24,000 bases of DNA from Cyanobacteria bacterium QS_8_64_29. Lineage in GTDB: Bacteria; Cyanobacteriota; Cyanobacteriia; Cyanobacteriales; Rubidibacteraceae. Numbering within the stretch: the first letter of the stretch is position 1; each line of letters begins with the position of its first letter. The DNA is taken from the NCBI GenBank assembly GCA_003022125.1, contig PXQH01000069.1, positions 1-24,000 on the forward strand, read 5' to 3'. Position numbers and translations under genes: made by a program. Shown in pieces: positions 13,477 to 23,583 of the stretch. A model generated the notes under the pieces. It searched no databases and had not been told where the DNA came from. It saw only the letters and a program-made list of their open reading frames with translations.

Positions 13477-14826
13477 ATGGGGAAAGCTATCGTGCCCTGC
13501 CCGATCTCGCGCATGAGCATTGCCCGTACCATTTGCCTGGGTTTCCTGGCGGCCATTGCGGCCGGCACGCTTTTGCTGCTGCTGCCGTTTGCCACTGACA
13601 GCAGCGGCTGGGGCGATCCGCTCGTGGCGCTGTTCACTGCCACTTCCGCGGTTTGCGTTACGGGGCTCATTGTGGTCGATACGGGCAGCTACTTTTCGGG
13701 CTGGGGCGAAGCCATCGTGCTGCTGCTAATGCAAATTGGCGGCCTGGGCTATATGACCAGCAACACGCTGCTCGTGCTGCTGGTGGGCCGCCGCTTCGAC
13801 CTGCGCCAAAAATTTGCCATTCAGGAAACCTTCGATCAGCCCATGCTGCAGGGCAGCCGCAACTTGGTGGGCTCCATTGTGGTCATGACGTTGGCGTTTG
13901 AGGCTGTTGGGTTCGTGCTGCTGCTGGATTTGTTTGCTGCCGACTACGGCTGGGGCCGGAGCGCCTGGCTGGCACTGTTTCACAGCGTCAGCGCTTGGAA
14001 CAATGCCGGGTTTAGCCTGTTTGAAGACAGCCTAATGGCCTATCGGGATTCGCTGCAGGCCAACGCCGTATTTGCAGCCGCGATTGTATTAGGTGGGTTG
14101 GGCTATCAGGTCATCATTGAGCTTTACGGGCGCGCGATCGACTGGTGGCGTCGCAACCCGAGGCGGTACCTGCCTTCGCTCAACTTCAAAGTCGTTACCA
14201 GTACCACGGCATTGCTGCTGGTAGCCGGCACCCTGTTGCTGTGGCTGACCGACCTGCACCGGCTGCAGGCAGCAGGGATGCTGGCAGCAGGATTTCAATC
14301 GGTGACGGCCCGCACGGCAGGATTCAACACCATCGACATCGCCCAGCTCTCCACGGCAGGGCTGTTCGCCACCATCGCGCTGATGTTTGTGGGGGCAAGC
14401 CCCAGCGGGACGGGGGGCGGCATCAAAACGACGACGTTGCGCATCCTCTCGGCTTGCACGCGCGCTACTTTGCAGGGCAAGCGCGAGGTCACGCTCTACG
14501 AGCGGCGCTTGCCCACAGTGGTGATTTTTAAGGCCGTTGGCGTCGCGTTCGGATCGGTGGCAGCCATCCTCGCCGGTACCATCTTGGTTTCGCTCACCGA
14601 TCCGGGCTTTCCCTTCATTCAAGTGCTGTTCGAGGTGACCTCGGCATTCGCCACAGTCGGGCTCTCGACCGGCATTACGGGGGATCTCTCGATCCCGGGC
14701 AAGCTCGTGCTGGTTTGTACGATGTACGTAGGCCGGGTCGGCATTCTGGTGTTTGTGGGGGCAATCTTGGCGCCGCCGCGCCGGCGGGCTCTTGAATACC
14801 CGGAAGAGACGCTAATGGTAGGCTAG
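13477..14826 (+). CDS. ktrB: Ktr/Trk-type K+ transporter membrane subunit
   Basis: 449 aa and polytopic. Selectivity-filter-type glycine motifs are present in repeated M-P-M units (TGLIVVDTG, NNAGFS, RTAGFNT, VGLSTG), together with the conserved GASPSGTGGGIKTTT loop. Confidence 0.88.
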   Translation: MGKAIVPCPISRMSIARTICLGFLAAIAAGTLLLLLPFATDSSGWGDPLVALFTATSAVCVTGLIVVDTGSYFSGWGEAIVLLLMQIGGLGYMTSNTLLVLLVGRRFDLRQKFAIQETFDQPMLQGSRNLVGSIVVMTLAFEAVGFVLLLDLFAADYGWGRSAWLALFHSVSAWNNAGFSLFEDSLMAYRDSLQANAVFAAAIVLGGLGYQVIIELYGRAIDWWRRNPRRYLPSLNFKVVTSTTALLLVAGTLLLWLTDLHRLQAAGMLAAGFQSVTARTAGFNTIDIAQLSTAGLFATIALMFVGASPSGTGGGIKTTTLRILSACTRATLQGKREVTLYERRLPTVVIFKAVGVAFGSVAAILAGTILVSLTDPGFPFIQVLFEVTSAFATVGLSTGITGDLSIPGKLVLVCTMYVGRVGILVFVGAILAPPRRRALEYPEETLMVG

Positions 14827-14865
14827 CACCCCCCTCGTACGGCGCTCTCAGAGAGCCGCGATCCC

Positions 14866-15654
14866 ATGGCTACAGGCAGCGAGCGTTCCAGCGCCGAGCC
14901 AGCCCAACGGCGCTTCCACCGCGGCGGGCTGCGATCGCTGCGGTTTTTGCGCAACCTCCCCCACGACAACTGCCAGTTTGCCATCATTGGCTTGGGGCGC
15001 TTCGGCCAAGCGGTTTGCCAGTCGCTGTACCGCATGGGGTACCAGGTCCTGGGCACCGATCGCGACGAGGCGCTCGTCTCGCAAGCCCTGGGCGAGCGCA
15101 TGGCCTCCCACGCCATCCGATTCGATGCCACCGATTCGGGCGCCCTGCGCGAGGCCGGCATTTTCGAGTTCGACACGGTGGTGGTTGCCATCGGCCATTA
15201 CCTGCAAGAGAGCATCGTCACCACCCTCAACGTCAAAGAAGCGGGCGTCCCCTACGTGGTGGCCAAAGCCTCCTCGGCTACCCACGGCAAGCTCCTGGAC
15301 CGCGTTGGTGCCGACCACGTGGTCTACCCCGAGCGCGAGGCCGGTCAGTCGCTGGCCTACGAGCTGACCAAACCCGAGATTCTGGCCCGCTTCGACCTCG
15401 ACCCCGATAACAGCATTGTCGAGGTGCTGGTGCCCCGCCAGTTTGATGGCAAAACCATCGCCGAGCTGCAGCTACGCAACCGCTACGGCGTTACCGTGAT
15501 CGCCCTCAGCGACGGCGACAAGTTTGACATCAACCCCGGCCCCAACCAACCGCTGCGCGAAGGCACGGCGATGGTCGTGGTTGGCGCCAACCGCGACATC
15601 CAGCGCTTGCCCAAGCACACCAAGGCCGAAGCTGCCCCAAGCGAGCGGAGCTGA
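14866..15654 (+). CDS. ktrA: Ktr system regulatory subunit (RCK: TrkA-N plus TrkA-C domains)
   Basis: The Rossmann motif is FAIIGLGRFGQAVCQSL. The C-terminal TrkA-C-like segment is IVEVLVPRQFDGKTIAELQLRNRYGVTVIAL...GDKFDINP...L.EG..MVVVG. The gene lies immediately downstream of ktrB. The exact start is uncertain because of an N-terminal extension of about 35 aa. Confidence 0.85.
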   Translation: MATGSERSSAEPAQRRFHRGGLRSLRFLRNLPHDNCQFAIIGLGRFGQAVCQSLYRMGYQVLGTDRDEALVSQALGERMASHAIRFDATDSGALREAGIFEFDTVVVAIGHYLQESIVTTLNVKEAGVPYVVAKASSATHGKLLDRVGADHVVYPEREAGQSLAYELTKPEILARFDLDPDNSIVEVLVPRQFDGKTIAELQLRNRYGVTVIALSDGDKFDINPGPNQPLREGTAMVVVGANRDIQRLPKHTKAEAAPSERS

Positions 15655-15664
15655 GGCAGCCGGC

Positions 15665-16753
15665 TCAGGCCACCACCGCTGCCGGGGTGATGAGCATGGC
15701 ATCCCCAAACGAGTAGAAGCGATAGCGCGCTGTGATCGCCGCCCGATAGAGCGCCAGCAGGCGCTCGCGTCCCAGAAAAGCGCTCACCATCATCAACAAG
15801 CTTGAGCCCGGGAGGTGGAAGTTGGTCATGAGCCCGTCCACCACCTGCGGCCGGTACCCCGGATAGATAAACAGATTCGTTTGGCCCTCAAATGCGCCCA
15901 GCTCGCCGCGCGCCCAAAAGGCCCCCTCCAGGGCGCGCACCACCGTGGTGCCCACTGCAATCACCCGCCCGCCGGCGGCACGCGTGCGCGCGACCCGCTC
16001 GGCCGTGGCGGCCGGCACGGCCAGCCACTCCCGGTGCATGCGGTGCGCGCCAATTTCGGCTGCCTCAACCGGCCGAAACGTTCCCAGGCCCACATGGAGC
16101 GTGAGCTCGGCAATGCCAATGCCGCACTGCTGCAGGCGCTGCAGCAGCTCATCCGTTAAGTGCAGGCCGGCCGTTGGGGCCGCAACAGCCCCCGGCGAGC
16201 GCGCATATGCGGTCTGGTATTGCTCGCGGGCCGACTGGGTGTCGGCAATGTAGGGCGGTAGGGGCATGCGGCCGTAATGGGGCAGCAGCGACTCGAGCGC
16301 GCACCCCGCTGGCAGCTCGAAGCGCAGCCAGCGCCCGCCCGTTTCGGCATCGCGATCGATGGCCGTGGCTTCCAGCGGCTGCCCGCCTGACTGCAGCGGA
16401 TCGAAGCGCAGCCGCGTTCCCGGGCGCACCCGCTTGCCGGGTTTGACCAGCGCCAACCAGCAACCCGACGAGCTGGCCTCCAGCAGCAGCACCTCGACTT
16501 CTGCGCCTGTGGGCTTGCGGCCGTGGAGGCGCGCTGGTAGAACGCGCGTGTTGTTGAGCACCAGCAGATCGCCTGCCTGCAGCCACTCGGGCAAATCCCG
16601 CACGGTGGCGTGCGCGTGCGAGCGGGCCCCCACCACCAGCAGGCGCGCCCGATCACGCGGCGAAACCGGCGTTTGCGCGATCCGCTCGGGCGGGAGCGTG
16701 TACTCGTAGCTCGCGCGCCAGCGGTCTGCACCGCTATGGGGTGAGCTTGCCAT
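15665..16753 (-). CDS. queA: S-adenosylmethionine:tRNA ribosyltransferase-isomerase
   Basis: 362 aa from the ATG at 16753. QueA blocks are present: YEYTLPPERIAQTPVSPRDRARLLVV, LLVLNNTRVLPARL, GRMPLPPYI, APTAGLHLT, HVGLGTFRPV, AVGTTVVRALE and GDAMLI. The ORF-track start at 16978 adds a non-homologous Arg/Gly/Pro-rich extension. Confidence 0.92.
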   Translation of the reverse strand: MASSPHSGADRWRASYEYTLPPERIAQTPVSPRDRARLLVVGARSHAHATVRDLPEWLQAGDLLVLNNTRVLPARLHGRKPTGAEVEVLLLEASSSGCWLALVKPGKRVRPGTRLRFDPLQSGGQPLEATAIDRDAETGGRWLRFELPAGCALESLLPHYGRMPLPPYIADTQSAREQYQTAYARSPGAVAAPTAGLHLTDELLQRLQQCGIGIAELTLHVGLGTFRPVEAAEIGAHRMHREWLAVPAATAERVARTRAAGGRVIAVGTTVVRALEGAFWARGELGAFEGQTNLFIYPGYRPQVVDGLMTNFHLPGSSLLMMVSAFLGRERLLALYRAAITARYRFYSFGDAMLITPAAVVA

Positions 16754-16824
16754 GAGTCCTCGGGCGGGGTCTTTGCCTCCCCTTTCTAGACTGCAACGGT
16801 CGCCTGCCGGCCAGCGGCGCAGCC

Positions 16825-17292
16825 TCAGGCCCCAAACGCCGCCGGGATGTAAGCCTGTAGGGCGAGCTGGTAGCTCTGCCACAACTGCGGTGGCCCCAGC
16901 GCCGTGGCGTCCGGGAGCGGCTGCGCCGGTGGGTGCCGGAAGTACCGACTCGTCACCAGGGCCAGATTGAAGCGGCACGGCAGCTCAGCGAGCTGGGGCG
17001 AGTGGGCCAGAAACGCTTCCGCAGCGTGCCAGATCCGGCGCTGCTCGGCGGGCGTTACGGCCAGTTGGCCGCCGGCATCCCAGCTGCCGCGGCTGCGCGT
17101 TTTGACCTCGACAAACGCCAGCATGCCAGCCCCCGCCGGATGGCGCGCGATCAGATCCAGCTCGCCCCAACGGCAGCGCCAGCGGCGATTGCAGACCTGC
17201 CAGCCTTGGGCCGTCAGCCATTGGGCTGCAACGCGCTCGCCCGCTGCGCCCAGGCTGGTCTCGCTCGGATGGGATGCGGGAATAGGCGGCAC
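16825..17292 (-). CDS. YraN-family (UPF0102) endonuclease-like protein
   Basis: The sequence GERVAAQWLTAQGWQVCNRRWRCRWGELDLIA....LAFVEVKTRS matches the YraN signature (G...A..YL...G......N.R...GE.D.I......L.FVEVK.R). The C-terminal tail is longer than in the minimal family. Confidence 0.8.
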   Translation of the reverse strand: MPPIPASHPSETSLGAAGERVAAQWLTAQGWQVCNRRWRCRWGELDLIARHPAGAGMLAFVEVKTRSRGSWDAGGQLAVTPAEQRRIWHAAEAFLAHSPQLAELPCRFNLALVTSRYFRHPPAQPLPDATALGPPQLWQSYQLALQAYIPAAFGA

Positions 17293-17351
17293 GCGGCAAG
17301 CTGGTAGGATAGCTTTAGCATAGCAACGCGCCGCTTGCGCTCGCTGAAGCG

Positions 17352-17861
17352 ATGATTGCGCCCGTTCCCAAGCAGCGGATCGCCCGTTCGGCTATCGCTC
17401 TACTGGCTGCGCTTGCACTAGTGGTGCCGGCTGCCCCGGCCGCCGCGCAAGGGGTGGGCGAGGACTACGACCGGCAGTTTTTGGTCGAGGCTGACTTTGC
17501 CGGTCAGGACCTGCGCGAGGTCAGCTTTATCAAGGCCAACCTGCGCAATAGCGATTTCTCGGGCGCCGACCTCATGGGGGCGAACCTGTTTGCCGCCAAC
17601 CTGGAAGGCGCCAATTTAGAAGGGGCCAACTTGCGGTTGGCAACCCTAGACTCGGCGCGCATGAGCTATACCAACCTCAAAAACGCCATTCTGGAAGAGA
17701 CCTTTGCCGCCAACACCAACTTTGACGGCGCCACCATCGAGGGGGCTGACTTCACGGACGCGCTGCTGAGCCCAGACACGCGCCTCCAGCTCTGCCAGCA
17801 CGCCCAAGGCACCAATCCCCAAACCGGTCGCGCCACGCGCGAGACCTTGCGCTGCCGCTAG
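17352..17861 (+). CDS. Pentapeptide-repeat protein with N-terminal signal peptide (thylakoid-lumen/periplasmic type)
   Basis: The signal-like N-terminus is RIARSAIALLAALALVVPAAPAAAQG. Tandem A(D/N)LxX pentapeptides follow (ANLRNSDFSGADLMGANLFAANLEGANLEGANLRLATL...). Confidence 0.85.
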   Translation: MIAPVPKQRIARSAIALLAALALVVPAAPAAAQGVGEDYDRQFLVEADFAGQDLREVSFIKANLRNSDFSGADLMGANLFAANLEGANLEGANLRLATLDSARMSYTNLKNAILEETFAANTNFDGATIEGADFTDALLSPDTRLQLCQHAQGTNPQTGRATRETLRCR

Positions 17862-17874
17862 AGCACTCCTGGTC

Positions 17875-19836
17875 TCAGCTGCGTCCGGAAGCCGGGATGT
17901 CCAAGATCTGGGCGATGGAGAACTGGCGCTGCCGATCCAGCGCCTCAATTTGGCGCTGGGCGTTGTAGAACTCGCGGCAGTAGTACTGCCAGCGCTCAGG
18001 CTGAGTGTTGGGATCGAGCTGCTGCCAGCGCTGCAGGCAATAGTGCTTGTGCTTTTCGTACAGCGATCGCTCCATGGCCGCGATCGCGGCGCTCACCACC
18101 AGTGAGGCGCGGCTGATGTCGCGCTCGCCTTTCTCGTCCAGATAGAACAGGTGGGCGAGCTGCTGCCACTGCTGCGGAAAATCGGCACTTTGCTCGCGCA
18201 GCTCGGCCAGCAGCGAGTTGCCCGACGCACCATCCCCATCGGACTGGGGTGCCTGCGCGGTCAGGATTTGCTGCCACAAAAAGCGGTGGGGGGTCTGGCT
18301 GAAGGTCAGTTCCTTGGTTTCGATCGCCTCGGCGATCGCCGGCCGGTGCTGGGGACAGTGCAGGTAAATGCGCAGGAGTTGGGCTTCGGCTTCGGCCAGC
18401 AGGTTGCGCTCGCCGCGGGCGAACCAGTCAGCGCCGTTTGTAGCGTTACTGCCGCTTGCTTGGGCTGGCTGGCGGCGCTGCGGTTTTTTGAGCTGGGCCT
18501 GCAGCTTTTCTAGATAAAGCGGCATCAACCGCGAATCGCCTCCGCTGAGGCGCTCGGCGCAGGCTTGCAGGTAGTAGCTGCGCTGGTTGGGGTCGGTGAG
18601 GCGATTGAGCAGCTGCACTAGGGCCTGCGCCGCGCGCTGGAAGCCATCGGCCCGGTCTAGGGGCTCGCGTTGCAGCAGCCGCTCGATTTGCCAGTCGATC
18701 CACAGCGGTGCTTGGGCCACGAGCTCGCGGAAGCGCTCGCTGGCCTGGGGATGGGACTGCAAAAAATCATCCGCATCCTTGCCATCGGGCAAGTTGAGCA
18801 CGCGCAGCTGCACCTGGCCGCTGTAAACGAGCGACTCGATCGCGCCAATTGCCCGTTCGGTGGCGCTGGCACCGGCGGCATCGGCATCAAAGTTGAGCGC
18901 GATCTGCTTGGACTCGGTATAGCGCAGTAGCTGCCGCAGCTGGTCCTGGCTTAGCGCGGTTCCCAGTGAGGCGACGGCGTTGCCAATGCCTGCTGCGTGC
19001 AGGGCAATGGCATCAAAGTACCCCTCGACGACAATGGCGCCGTCGCGCTTGGCGATCTCGCCGCGGGCCCGATCGAGCGCGAATAGGGTCTTGCGCTTGT
19101 CAAACAGCGGCGTGTCGGGTGAGTTGAGGTACTTAGGCTCCCCCTCGCCCAGCGTGCGGCTGCCCAAGGCAATCGGCCGCCCTTGCACGTCGCGGATGGG
19201 AATGATGAGGCGATCGCGAAAGCGGTCGTAGTAGCCGCTGCCGGATTTGCGCTGCTGGATCAGCCCGGCCTCTTCCACCAGCGCCAGCGGATAGCCCTTC
19301 TGCTGCACTAGGTAGCGGTAGAGGGTTTCCCAGCCAGCCGGGGCATAGCCCAACTGAAACGCCTCGATAGTGGCATCGCTCAACTGGCGCTGCGAGCGCA
19401 GGTAGGCCAGCGCCGCCTCCCCCTGGGGCTGATGGAGCGCATGCTGGTAGAAGCTCGCTGCGAGCGCCACGACTTCGTAGAGCCGCTCCCGGTGCGAGAG
19501 CTGGCGCTGCAGCTGCTGCTGCTGCTCCGGCTCGAGCGATTTGACCGGCACCTGATAGCGCTGGGCCAGTGCCAGAACGGCTTCGCCGAACGACTGCTGC
19601 TCCCACTCCATCAGGAACTTGAGCGCGCCGCCGCCGGCACCGCAGCCAAAGCAGTAATAGAGTTGCTTGCTAGGGCTGACCGTAAAGCTGGGGGTTTTTT
19701 CCTCGTGGAACGGGCACAGGCCCTGGTAATCCTTGCCCCGCTTGCGCAGCACCACGCGCTCGGAGACGATATCGACGACATCGGCCCGGCGCTTGACTTC
19801 CTCGACCGTATCCGGGTGCAGGCGGGGGGCTTGCAT
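17875..19836 (-). CDS. dnaG: DNA primase
   Basis: 653 aa. The CHC2 zinc finger is present (CPFHEEKTPSFTVSPSKQLYYCFGCGAGG), followed by an RNA-polymerase core and a TOPRIM region (IVVEGYFDAIALHAAG, LNFDADAAG). Confidence 0.93.
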   Translation of the reverse strand: MQAPRLHPDTVEEVKRRADVVDIVSERVVLRKRGKDYQGLCPFHEEKTPSFTVSPSKQLYYCFGCGAGGGALKFLMEWEQQSFGEAVLALAQRYQVPVKSLEPEQQQQLQRQLSHRERLYEVVALAASFYQHALHQPQGEAALAYLRSQRQLSDATIEAFQLGYAPAGWETLYRYLVQQKGYPLALVEEAGLIQQRKSGSGYYDRFRDRLIIPIRDVQGRPIALGSRTLGEGEPKYLNSPDTPLFDKRKTLFALDRARGEIAKRDGAIVVEGYFDAIALHAAGIGNAVASLGTALSQDQLRQLLRYTESKQIALNFDADAAGASATERAIGAIESLVYSGQVQLRVLNLPDGKDADDFLQSHPQASERFRELVAQAPLWIDWQIERLLQREPLDRADGFQRAAQALVQLLNRLTDPNQRSYYLQACAERLSGGDSRLMPLYLEKLQAQLKKPQRRQPAQASGSNATNGADWFARGERNLLAEAEAQLLRIYLHCPQHRPAIAEAIETKELTFSQTPHRFLWQQILTAQAPQSDGDGASGNSLLAELREQSADFPQQWQQLAHLFYLDEKGERDISRASLVVSAAIAAMERSLYEKHKHYCLQRWQQLDPNTQPERWQYYCREFYNAQRQIEALDRQRQFSIAQILDIPASGRS

Positions 19837-19932
19837 GGGTCGCGGGCTGCCAGGGAGCGCCCCTATTTTAGGGGGACCGCCCGCGCCGAGTGCCAGCCGG
19901 CTCCGCTCCAGCCCCTACCGCGCCGCGATCGC

Positions 19933-20109
19933 TCACGCGGCGCCGATGCGGCGGCAGGCAACGGCAAACGCCACGGCAATGGCAGTGACGGCCAAGGCAA
20001 CGAGTGGATGCTGGCCCTGCCCGATGGCAAAGGTGGTTACGATGCCGGCCCCCACGGCGGCTGCGGCGATTGAGCCCAGCAGGTCGCGATCGCGGTTTGG
20101 ATATTGCAT
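19933..20109 (-). CDS. Possible small (58-aa) two-TM membrane protein, below the ORF-track length cutoff
   Basis: My own translation gives MQYPNRDRDLLGSIAAAAVGAGIVTTFAIGQGQHPLVALAVTAIAVAFAVACRRIGAA*, with ATG at 20109-20107 and TGA at 19935-19933. It has two hydrophobic segments and G/C-rich third codon positions like the host genes. It lies between the SH3b gene and dnaG on the same strand. I recognise no homology. Confidence 0.3.
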   Translation of the reverse strand: MQYPNRDRDLLGSIAAAAVGAGIVTTFAIGQGQHPLVALAVTAIAVAFAVACRRIGAA

Positions 20110-20272
20110 GGGATTCCAACGGCTATCCGCACGAGCGCGCTCCAGGCAAACGGGGCGCTGCCATTGAAGCTAGCGCGCCCCCACAGACGCGATCGCGGCG
20201 ATTCGGGCAGCCGCAACGAAGCTTTAAATCTGGCTACGTTTTGTAACACGCGCTACAGATTCAATCGGGCGG

Positions 20273-20689
20273 CTAGCCGCCGCCCGTGCGCTTGAGGTTG
20301 CCGGCGGTAACCCAAGCCCGCTGCTCGGTTTGGGGAACGTAAACTTTTTGCCAGCCCCCGTCGGCGCTGCTCCCAAGCACGATCAGCTCCTGGCCCTGCT
20401 TGACGCCCCCAATGCGCGGTACGCTTTCGCTGGGTGCCCCGCGCAGGTTCAAACCGGCCGACGGCACGACCCGGGCGCGGTAAGCCCCCTGCTGTAGCTG
20501 CTGGCGGATCGCCTGGGGCAAGCGTTGTTGCTCTGTCCCCTCGCTCCCGTCCGAGAAAGTGGGCTTGGGGGGCGCCTCCAGGTACTGACTGAAAAACCAG
20601 TAGGCAACGGCCACCCCTGTGCCTGCCAGCAGCGCAATGCCCAGCACAAAGCCCAGCAGAGCCTGGATTGTCAGGCCTAACAAACGCAT
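20273..20689 (-). CDS. Membrane-anchored SH3b-domain protein
   Basis: 138 aa from the ATG at 20689. The N-terminal TM helix is LLGLTIQALLGFVLGIALLAGTGVAVAYWFF. The C-terminal bacterial SH3-like segment is ARVVPSAGLNLRGAPSESVPRIGGVKQGQELIVLG.SADGGWQKVYVP.TEQRAWV.AGNL. Confidence 0.65.
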   Translation of the reverse strand: MRLLGLTIQALLGFVLGIALLAGTGVAVAYWFFSQYLEAPPKPTFSDGSEGTEQQRLPQAIRQQLQQGAYRARVVPSAGLNLRGAPSESVPRIGGVKQGQELIVLGSSADGGWQKVYVPQTEQRAWVTAGNLKRTGGG

Positions 20690-20850
20690 GCTCGAGCCCC
20701 CTAGCGGCGGCGTATCCGCCCGATTGTGACATCTGCCTGCAGGCGCTCCAAGCCCATTCACGCCCTACCGATTAATGTGTTTTCTCAGCGGACTGCGGTA
20801 GCGTCAGCTAGGGGATGCTGGCAGGCCCCAACGCATGGGGAGTGCCGCCG

Positions 20851-22104
20851 ATGAGCGATTACCTCCGACAAGCGGTTGAGGCCCAACAGGCGGGCCGTAC
20901 CGAGCAGGCCGTGCACTGCCTGCAGTGCGCCTCGCCGGAGCAGGCGAGCGAGGCCGAGCGCAACCGGGCGCTGGAGGCCGCTTTACAGTTGCTGCAAGCG
21001 GTTGAGTTCCAACACCAATGGGCCATCGCCAAGGTCCTGCCGCGTTTCGGCACGGCCGTCGTGGCGCCGGCTGTTGCCCTGCTCGAGGACGAGCGCCTCG
21101 ATCCCGAAACGCGCTGGTTCGCCATCAGCGTGCTGGGCGAGTTTGACGATGCGCGCGCCATTCGGGCACTGGCCTGGGTCTGCCAGGCCAGCGAGGAAGC
21201 CGAGCTGGTGGAAGCGGCAGCGCAAGCCCTGGTCCGATTGGGGCGATCCGCCGTGACGGCGCTAACGGCGCTGCTGCAGGCGGAATCCCACCGCCAGCTT
21301 GCCGTGCGCTCGCTAGCGCAGCTGTGCCACCCCGCCAGCATTGAACCCCTGCTGGGCGCAAGCGAAGATGCCGATCCGGCAGTGCGCGCGATGGCGATCA
21401 AAGCGCTGGGCCAGTTCCGCGATCTGCGCATTCCGCCCGTTTTAACCGCCGCCCTGGCCGATGCCAGCGCCACCGTTCGCAAGCAAGCGGTGGCGGGGGT
21501 GGCCTCATGCGCGGCCCGCGGCGAGCTCAGCGATGGTACGGCTTGGCTGCAAGCGCGGCTGGACGATTGCGACCTTGCAGTCAGCCAAGCGGCCGCTCGG
21601 GAACTCGGCAGAATCGGCACGGATGGCGCCGCGCAGGCTCTGACAGCCCTGCTGCAATCGCCCGCCGTGCCCGAGCCCTTGCAAGCCGATGCCGTCCGGG
21701 CCCTGGGTCGCATTGCCACCTCGCCCGCGCTGGAGGGGCTGGAAGCTGCTTGGCCGCAGGCACCGAGCGCTGTCTGTCAGACCGCGGCCCGCGAGCTCGC
21801 TCGCTTCGGCGGCCCGCTGAGCCAGCGGGCGACCCGAGTGGCGCTAGCGTGGCTGGAGACGGAGGCAGCCGGGAAAGCCGCGATCCGGCAGCAGCTGGCG
21901 CTGGCGCTGGGCGAGCTGGACCAAGCGCAGGCATTTGAACCGTTGCTGGTCTTAGCCGCCGATCCCGTGCCGGCGGTGCGATGGCATGCCATCGCCGCGC
22001 TGGGCAAGCTGCCTAACGCCGCTCAACGGGTGCGGCAGTACGCGAGCGACTCCCCCATCCACCAGCAAGGCCGGACCAACGTCCTGGCCGATTGGGACGG
22101 TTAG
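20851..22104 (+). CDS. HEAT-repeat protein (PBS-lyase HEAT-like repeats)
   Basis: Repeated D..P.VR..A..ALG-type motifs are present: [64 protein letters not shown] and [17 protein letters not shown]. The start was taken at MSDYLRQ (20851); the tracked ORF opens at 20815. Confidence 0.8.
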   Translation: MSDYLRQAVEAQQAGRTEQAVHCLQCASPEQASEAERNRALEAALQLLQAVEFQHQWAIAKVLPRFGTAVVAPAVALLEDERLDPETRWFAISVLGEFDDARAIRALAWVCQASEEAELVEAAAQALVRLGRSAVTALTALLQAESHRQLAVRSLAQLCHPASIEPLLGASEDADPAVRAMAIKALGQFRDLRIPPVLTAALADASATVRKQAVAGVASCAARGELSDGTAWLQARLDDCDLAVSQAAARELGRIGTDGAAQALTALLQSPAVPEPLQADAVRALGRIATSPALEGLEAAWPQAPSAVCQTAARELARFGGPLSQRATRVALAWLETEAAGKAAIRQQLALALGELDQAQAFEPLLVLAADPVPAVRWHAIAALGKLPNAAQRVRQYASDSPIHQQGRTNVLADWDG

Positions 22105-23288
22105 GGCAAATTGGCTTGCCGCATCTGTTGTGGCCGCACGGCTAGCCGCTGGCGTTGCCCGTCGCGCCACACGCGGAGCTCGAGCGGGCGCCCGAGTTCG
22201 CTGCTATCGACCAGCGCCTGCAAGCGGTCGGCGCTCTCGACGCGCTCGCCCGCAACGCGCGTAATGACATCGCCGCGCTTGAGGCCTCCCTCGTCGGCCG
22301 GGCTCCCGGGCATGACGCGGACGACCAGGACGCCGTTGCGCTCGGGGACCTCAATCAGCGAGTTGGGATCGCGGTTGAGGCGCCGCGCCACATCCGGCGT
22401 GAGGTCGATCATGCGGATGCCGATGTAGGGGTGGGGAACGGGCTCGCCGCGCGCGAGCTTGCCTTGGATGGCCTTGGCCTTGTCGATGGGAATGGCAAAA
22501 CCGATGCCTTCGGCATTGGCGCGGATGGCGGTGTTGATGCCGATGACTTCGCCGCGCTCGTTGAGCAGCGGACCGCCGGAGTTGCCCGGGTTGATGGCGG
22601 CATCCGTTTGGATGAAGTTGAGGCGCTTGTCCGGGATGCCTACCTGCGAGCTGGAGCGATTGAGCGTACTGACAATGCCCAGCGTGACCGTGTTGTCTAG
22701 CCCCAGCGGATTACCCAGCGCGATCGCCCAATCGCCCACTCGGACGTCGCTGGAGTTGCCCAGCGGGGCAACGGGCAGCTCCTCGCCATCAATCTTAATA
22801 ACGGCCAAATCCGAGAGCTCGTCCATGCCGCAGACTTCGCCGCGAAACGTTCGCCCATCCCGCAAGCTGACGCGCACGGCATCGGCCTCGCTCACTACGT
22901 GCGCGTTGGTCAGCACGATGCCGTTGCTATCGATAATAAAGCCCGATCCTTGGCCGCGCTGCCGGTACTCCTGCTGCGGCTGGCGGAACGACTCATCCCC
23001 AAAAAAGCGGCGGAAGAACGGGTCCTCAGAAAAGGGATTGGGCGCGCTTCGCCGCACGGTGCGCTCGGTATCGAGCCGCACCACGGCCGGGCCCACGCGA
23101 TCAATAGCGTCCGTTACAAAGCTTCGGCGCAGCTCGGCGGGGGTGGGGGCCCGTTGGCCATCCCCATCGGCTGCGGCCGCCGCTTGCCAGGCCGGTACGC
23201 CCAGCCAGGCCAGGAGCGCGCCCAATACGGAGGCGGCGGCGAGCGCAACCGCTTGCCGCCTGCCCTGCGGGGGTTTGAATGCTTGCAT
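22101..23288 (-). CDS. HtrA/DegP-family periplasmic serine protease (trypsin-like domain plus PDZ)
   Basis: A signal/anchor sequence ([27 protein letters not shown]) is followed by catalytic motifs ([31 protein letters not shown]). The C-terminal PDZ is [29 protein letters not shown]. The family matches cyanobacterial HhoA/HhoB/HtrA, but the specific paralog cannot be assigned. Confidence 0.9.
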   Translation of the reverse strand: MQAFKPPQGRRQAVALAAASVLGALLAWLGVPAWQAAAAADGDGQRAPTPAELRRSFVTDAIDRVGPAVVRLDTERTVRRSAPNPFSEDPFFRRFFGDESFRQPQQEYRQRGQGSGFIIDSNGIVLTNAHVVSEADAVRVSLRDGRTFRGEVCGMDELSDLAVIKIDGEELPVAPLGNSSDVRVGDWAIALGNPLGLDNTVTLGIVSTLNRSSSQVGIPDKRLNFIQTDAAINPGNSGGPLLNERGEVIGINTAIRANAEGIGFAIPIDKAKAIQGKLARGEPVPHPYIGIRMIDLTPDVARRLNRDPNSLIEVPERNGVLVVRVMPGSPADEGGLKRGDVITRVAGERVESADRLQALVDSSELGRPLELRVWRDGQRQRLAVRPQQMRQANLP

Positions 23289-23583
23289 TCCGATGGCGTT
23301 GCCTCAACCGATGCCTGTCAGGCTAGAGGTTCATGCCCTCCTCCAGCCAGCGAATCCAACTGCTCCCGATGCGATCGCGCATGCAGTTGCTGGGCTACAG
23401 TGTATCCGGCCGGATATCGATTCCGCCATCTTGGGGACCCTCGATGGCAACTGCCAGCACGCTCGCGTGCGGCGAGATCGGAAGCTTAGCGGGGAGCCAC
23501 CTCCGAATCTTAACGGCGCACAACGCCTGCTGTGGGGGATCTGGGCGCTAACGTGGACAACGCCGACCGGATGCCCATCCCCC

